DNA of 64,000 nucleotides from Candidatus Omnitrophota bacterium (GTDB lineage Bacteria; Omnitrophota; Gorgyraeia; Duberdicusellales; 4484-171): NCBI GenBank assembly GCA_021735655.1, contig JAIPGM010000001.1, positions 96,001 to 160,000 of the forward strand, read 5' to 3'. Shown piece by piece: positions 63,001 to 64,000 of this stretch (position 1 is its first letter; each line of letters starts with the position of its first letter). The notes under the pieces were generated by a model. It saw only the letters and a program-made list of their open reading frames with translations, ran no database searches and was not told where the DNA came from. The position numbers and the translations under genes were made by a program.

Positions 63001-64000
63001 TTCCGGGATTAGGCAACTAAAGCGAAGCGGACGTATACCTAGGACAACTACCTTTTATGCTTCAATTATGACTTATCACATTTATCGTCGGGCTGATTCT
63101 TTATGGAGTAAATTTAAAAAGATATTGCGGCTTATCCGTATGCGCCGCCTCGGGTTTACTACGGTTTTTGTTGGTTTTGAGAGTGGTTCTGATCCTCAAC
63201 TTAAGCGTTACAATAAGGCTGTATCGGCCTTTGAGACTAGAATGGCTATTCGGATATTGCTTTGGCTCGGGTTTCATATTGATGGTGGTTTTATTAATTT
63301 TGACCCTTTAATGAGCCTGGATGATTGCTTGACTAATGTAGCTTTCTTGCGTTTAGCTAAGGTGCCTAAATTATTATTGTTTCCGTTTAATCAGCTAATT
63401 GTATTTCCTAATACCGCTTATGCTAAGTTAGCTGGGAGACGCCAGCCGGAACCAGTTGTTCAAAGGCTACTTAACTGTATAGCTAGAGTTAATCAAGAGA
63501 TACCTTATTTTCAGTTTGAGATATTCTTGCAACGTTTGCGCTTAGCTTATTTTGCCGGGACTGATAAGGCTAGTATTCGAGAATATGAACAAATTCTTTA
63601 TCGTTATGGCAATCTTTGTTTAGATTTTATCGAACAGATTGTAGTAGCTCTAAAGAGAGGCGCAAGCGATTCTGAACTAGAGACTTTAACCGATCAATTC
63701 CTAAATAGACACAGGCAGTTTATTGATAATTTTTATATTTGGGCTCGGGTTAGGGCACCGGAGATGTTTGAGCGAACCATGTATGCGGTTCGGCCGCAAT
63801 CCAGCGAAAGAGCCGGTTATGTGCCGGGTTTTAGTTTTTGCGATCTTGAGCAGTATGGTTCTTTAAATGTTCCTTCTGGCCCTGCGGAAAGTCTGATTGA
63901 TATTGAGCCTTATGTTGACGATCGAATTCCTCAAGAAATACCCTTAGCAGTAGCCCAAGGCCAAGCGGCAATTGAAATCCATTGTGGATTAGTTGTTGAC
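2..64000 (+). CDS. Single giant multidomain ORF, partial at both ends; at least 21,333 codons inside this window. Putative polyprotein or mega-enzyme with about 50 linker-delimited modules.
   Basis: Manual codon walk in frame +2 (codon starts congruent to 2 mod 3) from nt 2 to 64000 found no TAA, TAG or TGA. All 53 PLDNG-type motif codons start congruent to 2 mod 3, so there is no frameshift. Recognisable protein-family motifs occur in this frame along the whole length. An in-frame ATG at 20 exists, but the frame is open upstream to the window edge, so the start cannot be set. The other five frames carry only short ORFs. Confidence 0.88.
185..1459 (+). repeat. Five tandem repeats of about 255 nt (about 85 aa each) encoding a repeated domain of unknown function.
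   Basis: The unit begins P(V/I)VAANDK..VAILID..AP...N.KTLN.IS...G...RYGYK.L.DDSLYLFD.IE...A.QA.QSLTTTKIDKK.GTL.T. The ccagtagttgc anchor recurs at 440, 695, 950 and 1208 (exact 255-nt period). The first unit, around 191, is 6 nt shorter, and a degenerate sixth unit follows to about 1570. Confidence 0.75.
4960..6900 (+). other. Domain: multi-pass transmembrane block, like the N-terminal TM bundle of FKS/GT48 glucan synthases.
   Basis: Successive long hydrophobic stretches in frame +2, for example YIAFMPLVLAAIVLLGFILS, WIILALIAIALSLGIYTYL, VLSFILMLVALFGIFGFL, LAIMAIVIVIVITVKLVAYI and LIGLPLLLYFYGQVFLVIVLWLPFAAFYILDTFFVFYIL. Confidence 0.55.
6553..6738 (+). repeat. In-frame tandem duplication, 2 x 93 nt (31 aa each), about 95% nucleotide identity.
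   Basis: 6553-6645 encodes KLVAYIRKLNAVRKSDTGKVMATVWSDIKSL. 6646-6738 encodes KLVAYVRKLNAVRKSDTGSVMATVWSDIRSL. The two copies differ at 4-5 nucleotides only. Confidence 0.85.
7120..8600 (+). other. Domain: GT48-like 1,3-beta-glucan synthase (FKS1/callose synthase family) catalytic region.
   Basis: DRIIFFATSMFMHTPRMP resembles FKS1 RRISFFAQSL..P.P. GGTRMHYGHPDSF resembles GGKLHYGHPDF. LNEDIFAGYRAIRYGKRIKFIEYRRVGKAREVKF resembles LNEDIYAGMNA.LRGGRIKHCEY.QCGKGRDLGF. GRGSGEQ resembles GTGMGEQ. The region is flanked on both sides by TM bundles, as in FKS proteins. Confidence 0.7.
8600..9960 (+). other. Domain: C-terminal multi-pass TM block of the GT48-like unit.
   Basis: At least eight hydrophobic helices, for example GMFFLISSIGFYI, IFTLIFMGLSGFVSFPLEAFLGVLGVLA, MMIVNMVFIIAGIVIW, ILFPVLLIVGGFIALFI, VAAVLLVLAVAAIVIIAL and FVIMGGLGLLLTTLGVPIVINTLTIFAAIAVG. 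Confidence 0.55.
10050..10450 (+). other. Domain: HExxH-containing putative zinc-metallopeptidase-like domain, copy 1 (HELAH at 10274-10288).
   Basis: ILAFGGSDALATNG...YINPNTLRGPPEQLRVIFEGHELAHFLG...ESHIAFLENNSIGL. It is paralogous to 18580-18950. A degenerate linker-like SLDNG sits at 10445-10459. Confidence 0.4.
11636..11752 (+). repeat. Short linker-bounded mini-module (copy A) encoding PLDNGKQNRQSPPSDD..GGRASHNVAVAGPASKPLDNG.
   Basis: Near-identical at nucleotide level to 12563-12700. The string ggtaaacaaaatagacaatcgcctcccagcgat is repeated, and ggaagggctag.cat.acgtggc.gtg.ctggtcctgcttctaa.cctttggataatggt is repeated. Both copies carry a linker motif at each end. Confidence 0.8.
12563..12700 (+). 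repeat. Short linker-bounded mini-module (copy B) encoding PLNNGKQNRQSPPSDIDGSLLRDQVRGRASHDVAVTGPASKPLDNG.
   Basis: Dispersed direct repeat of 11636-11752, about 930 nt apart, with high nucleotide identity. Confidence 0.8.
13590..14340 (+). other. Domain: HAD-superfamily phosphatase-like (beta-phosphoglucomutase/phosphatase subfamily type).
   Basis: Motif I is ILWDLDGTLVNT (DxDGTL). Motif IV is IVGDSAGDV (GDSxxD). The domain length fits a HAD fold with cap. Confidence 0.65.
14700..15330 (+). other. Domain: class I SAM-dependent methyltransferase-like.
   Basis: Gly-rich motif I LRIGSLGSGDGLA. Acidic post-I EIDPR. Motif II FDVIYLNNVLHELF. Motif III LKPNGRIVF. Confidence 0.6.
16450..17500 (+). 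other. Domain: UDP-sugar pyrophosphorylase-like nucleotidyltransferase (UGPase/UAP/USP family).
   Basis: PAGGRGERL fits the GGxGxRL nucleotidyltransferase motif. AHGHGDIH matches the K/PHGHGD signature of UDP-sugar pyrophosphorylases. A beta-helix-like C-terminal extension follows. Confidence 0.6.
18580..18950 (+). other. Domain: HExxH-containing putative metallopeptidase-like domain, copy 2 (HEAYH at 18773-18787).
   Basis: IIALFGGRNVFDQADL...LINPNVIRGPPQYDSQLKIIFEQHEAYHLDG...ISHLRFLENNSLGI. It shares LINPN..RGPP....IFE.HE..H ... H(L/I).FLENNS(L/I)G with copy 1. Confidence 0.4.
20600..22000 (+). other. Domain: PEP-utilising enzyme-like (mobile phosphohistidine domain plus C-terminal TIM-barrel, PpsA/PPDK/EI family).
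   Basis: VVIETGVLHYGIAARAEGFPVLA resembles the GGRTSHAAIIARE.GIP.VVG phospho-His domain. The downstream GSVGSNDLISFSLG resembles the G(T/S)NDLTQ signature of PEP-utilizers_C. Confidence 0.6.
22830..23250 (+). other. Domain: polymerase-beta-type nucleotidyltransferase head (CCA-adding / poly(A) polymerase-like).
   Basis: LGDILLYGGAVRRKVYDLGRFVSDYDLMA resembles the LVGGAVRD.LLG....D.D head-domain motif. Confidence 0.45.
24560..25000 (+). other. Domain: GHKL ATPase (HATPase_c, anti-sigma-factor/RsbW-like).
   Basis: HILWEMSTNIILHAAGNGSVTVNLV fits the N-box E..N...HA. Confidence 0.45.
26040..26920 (+). other. Domain: histidine kinase-like (DHp H-box plus HATPase_c).
   Basis: H-box RNTNHDIGNHLNGLLG. 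N-box RDNGPGM. G2 box SSGYGRGLKEV. No receiver domain was seen nearby. Confidence 0.6.
27900..28620 (+). other. Domain: PIG-L / LmbE-family N-acetylglucosaminyl deacetylase-like, copy 1.
   Basis: VVEVHPDDAMLNFG is the HPDD zinc motif, at about 27971. PSPFSNHPHHRAIA is the second His motif, at about 28451. It is paralogous to 42060-42760. Confidence 0.65.
28950..30000 (+). other. Domain: phosphofructokinase-family (PFK-like), copy 1, with divergent GGDGS motif.
   Basis: LVSGGDCAGLNPVAGYL resembles TSGGDAPGMNAAIR. VVIGGNDHLYEA sits at the GGDGS position. VVGVPKTIDADT resembles PGTIDND. EAMGRDCGYLAA resembles EVMGRYCGDLAL. Confidence 0.7.
31850..32420 (+). other. Domain: protein-L-isoaspartate(D-aspartate) O-methyltransferase (PCMT/Pcm).
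   Basis: YQAALLKLEYGQYVLEVGTGSGWQTAILATL closely matches PCMT motif I VLEIGTGSGYQTAVLA. Later LPQGIPVILLDYL matches the PCMT C-terminal region. The module is 266 aa between linkers. Confidence 0.75.
32760..33700 (+). other. Domain: possible TIM-barrel glycoside-hydrolase-like fold (weak).
   Basis: IVGWNVFNEYDY has an NE catalytic-acid-like context as in clan GH-A. The call rests on memory alone and is low confidence. Confidence 0.25.
34400..34830 (+). other. Domain: guanylate-kinase-like P-loop kinase.
   Basis: P-loop VLGVSGSGKTTFI. FPRLTTTRKPRSGETADRYRVFVSQELF resembles the guanylate kinase signature TTR.PR.GE.DG.DY.FVS.E.F. Confidence 0.6.
36750..37150 (+). other. Domain: GHKL ATPase-like (RsbW/SpoIIAB-type), copy 2.
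   Basis: LAENVRQHA... DVGPGF ... STGRGVGLKWV, where D.G.G plus G.G.GL are ATP-lid motifs. Confidence 0.4.
37650..38300 (+). other. Domain: class II fructose-1,6-bisphosphatase (GlpX)-like.
   Basis: FIFDSGGTSEGIMAAANVRAIGGKMSARIVPY resembles GlpX ..IGGAPEGV.AAAALKCLGG.MQ.RL. Confidence 0.55.
38690..39120 (+). other. Domain: TPR-like helical repeats.
   Basis: Repeating 34-aa amphipathic pattern ...YYDLAKALGMLGLFEDAIDTFRFS... ERWFTLALRRDPTNKELLDKLNQ. Confidence 0.45.
40900..41640 (+). other. Domain: GT35 alpha-glucan phosphorylase-like C-terminal region (PLP-lysine position apparently not conserved).
   Basis: FTFVRRFVDYKCPNLII resembles FARRFA.YKRA.LL. HVLFIEEHNIHTSPIMQQGTDFGGMLSWEGKEAGPTSFGNAQQNASPTIGTLDG resembles FL.[44 protein letters not shown]. 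Confidence 0.5.
42060..42760 (+). other. Domain: PIG-L / LmbE-family deacetylase-like, copy 2.
   Basis: MIIETHPDDLIIHAG and HPFSNHPHHRVV. The upstream DNYHLNGQRVRFA parallels DNYHINGVPVRLA of copy 1. Confidence 0.65.
46860..48150 (+). other. Domain: B12-binding domain plus radical SAM core (B12-rSAM), copy 1, followed by C-terminal TM helices (about 48875-49000).
   Basis: Rossmann-like LRVMLGFLSP...DILGLSLFFGS...VILGNVLA (B12-binding). FLETSRSCSHNCAMCSRKT carries CxxxCxxC. The glycine-rich FTGIESGSP then follows. Confidence 0.7.
49600..50250 (+). other. Domain: radical SAM core without B12 domain.
   Basis: VTEVCCYECPWC carries CxxxCxxC, at about 49661-49690. FSFTGGEPSMN is the classic GGEP SAM-binding motif. 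Confidence 0.6.
50870..51250 (+). other. Domain: RidA/YjgF/L-PSP-like, copy 1.
   Basis: ETQTQSIISQVDSALAREG...VKQDMFLRD.. ..YGRAPPATSFIHQPPITGELAATELIVIKGEG has a RidA-like pattern. Confidence 0.5.
51930..52230 (+). other. Domain: RidA/YjgF-like, copy 2.
   Basis: QAETTIDNLRLVVGQAGAQLKDIPQLRVYIKNW.DY..V..V...F.DTPALYLLADVCRPEWLVEIEAMAF. Confidence 0.45.
52420..53500 (+). other. Domain: phosphofructokinase-family (PFK-like), copy 2.
   Basis: LFAMSGGDCAGPNSAYYGAVREA. FVVGDDHSKQT sits at the GGDGS position. IAIPKTIDYDF. EFMGRDAGWLTFLAA. Confidence 0.65.
55980..56260 (+). other. Domain: GHKL ATPase-like (weak), copy 3.
   Basis: LFLNIMRHGRGGEF... VVGFDQGLGIANPD fits the D.G.G ATP-lid motif. Confidence 0.35.
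60950..61400 (+). other. Domain: class I methyltransferase-like, copy 2 (weak).
   Basis: FRVLDLFSGAHTY (motif I-like), FDLVLVVNGVAYVEDHF (motif II-like), LGGRLLVVF (motif III-like). Confidence 0.4.
61560..62130 (+). other. Module made almost entirely of four or five predicted TM helices.
   Basis: LASLVIVPWFAIGLSIYFG, GFLGGLACGFGMYV, WTLAGSIYLGLIVFGAWYGFL, ILDITLFSAFIGLPLNYLI, LWIFNASWWGFWLGLSWSLW. The module is bounded by linker motifs at 61541 and 62198. Confidence 0.5.
62215..64000 (+). other. Domain: B12-binding plus radical SAM, copy 2, with non-canonical Cys spacing. It continues past the window end.
   Basis: IIWINFGGWRGYWFAATGIETLAG ... FICFSVNPMY ... LVFGNRGISG is B12-binding-like. 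EGTRDCSKASSRPCTFCVHSC puts Cys codons at 62798, 62822, 62831 and 62843 (C-x7-C-x2-C-x3-C). FVGFESGSD is the glycine-rich motif. Confidence 0.55.

Noticed and set aside
1-64000. Possibility that the window is an artificial or in-frame chimeric concatenation of unrelated genes (assembly artefact)
   Set aside because: Maintaining one stop-free frame across about 50 junctions by chance is implausible. Each junction carries the same conserved peptide motif with independent codon usage. Paralogous modules show ancient divergence. Misassembly confined to the internal repeats (6553-6738, and 11636-11752 versus 12563-12700) cannot be excluded from sequence alone.
1-64000. NRPS/PKS megasynthase or RTX/Ig-repeat giant adhesin as an explanation for the giant ORF
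   Set aside because: No condensation, adenylation, thiolation, ketosynthase or acyltransferase signature motifs were seen. Apart from the five N-terminal 85-aa repeats, the modules are diverse globular enzyme domains, not iterated beta-sandwich or RTX nonapeptide repeats.

Overview
The whole 64 kb window sits inside one enormous uninterrupted + strand ORF in frame +2. A manual codon walk found no in-frame stop from nt 2 to nt 64000. That is 21,333 codons in this window alone (2-64000), and the ORF is open at both window edges, so the true gene is longer. The sequence is AT-rich and the recognisable domains are of bacterial type. No other credible gene, tRNA, rRNA, CRISPR array or mobile element was seen. 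The short ORFs in the supplied track are out-of-frame or antisense inside this giant ORF.

The architecture is the most interesting part. The first ~11.6 kb encodes one continuous N-terminal region with no linker motif, containing:
- five tandem ~85-aa repeats (255-nt period);
- a large region of unknown function;
- a unit resembling a GT48 1,3-beta-glucan synthase (FKS/callose synthase), laid out as TM block, catalytic core, TM block;
- a domain carrying an HExxH motif.

From nt 11636 to 62212 the protein is broken up at least 53 times by the pentapeptide P-L-(D/N)-N-G, usually followed by K or R. The sites are irregularly spaced, with a mean interval of about 320 aa. Codon choice at the motif varies (ccT TTa GAT AAT GG / ccG CTT GAT AAC GG / ccT CTC GAC AAC GG), so it is conserved at the protein level and is not a DNA repeat.

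The motif delimits about 50 self-contained modules, many recognisable as enzyme domains:
- HAD phosphatase and two class I methyltransferases;
- UDP-sugar pyrophosphorylase-like;
- PEP-utilising enzyme-like;
- two PFK-like, one GlpX-type FBPase-like, one GT35 glucan-phosphorylase-like;
- two PIG-L/LmbE deacetylase-like;
- one histidine kinase-like (DHp + HATPase_c), three GHKL-ATPase-like;
- protein-L-isoaspartate O-methyltransferase;
- guanylate-kinase-like;
- three radical-SAM modules, two with B12-binding domains;
- two RidA-like;
- isolated TM-helix modules, plus many modules of unknown function.

The content is consistent with a processed giant polyprotein, or a beads-on-a-string mega-enzyme, with a carbohydrate and glucan metabolism theme. 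The P-L-D-N-G punctuation system is the candidate novel feature.
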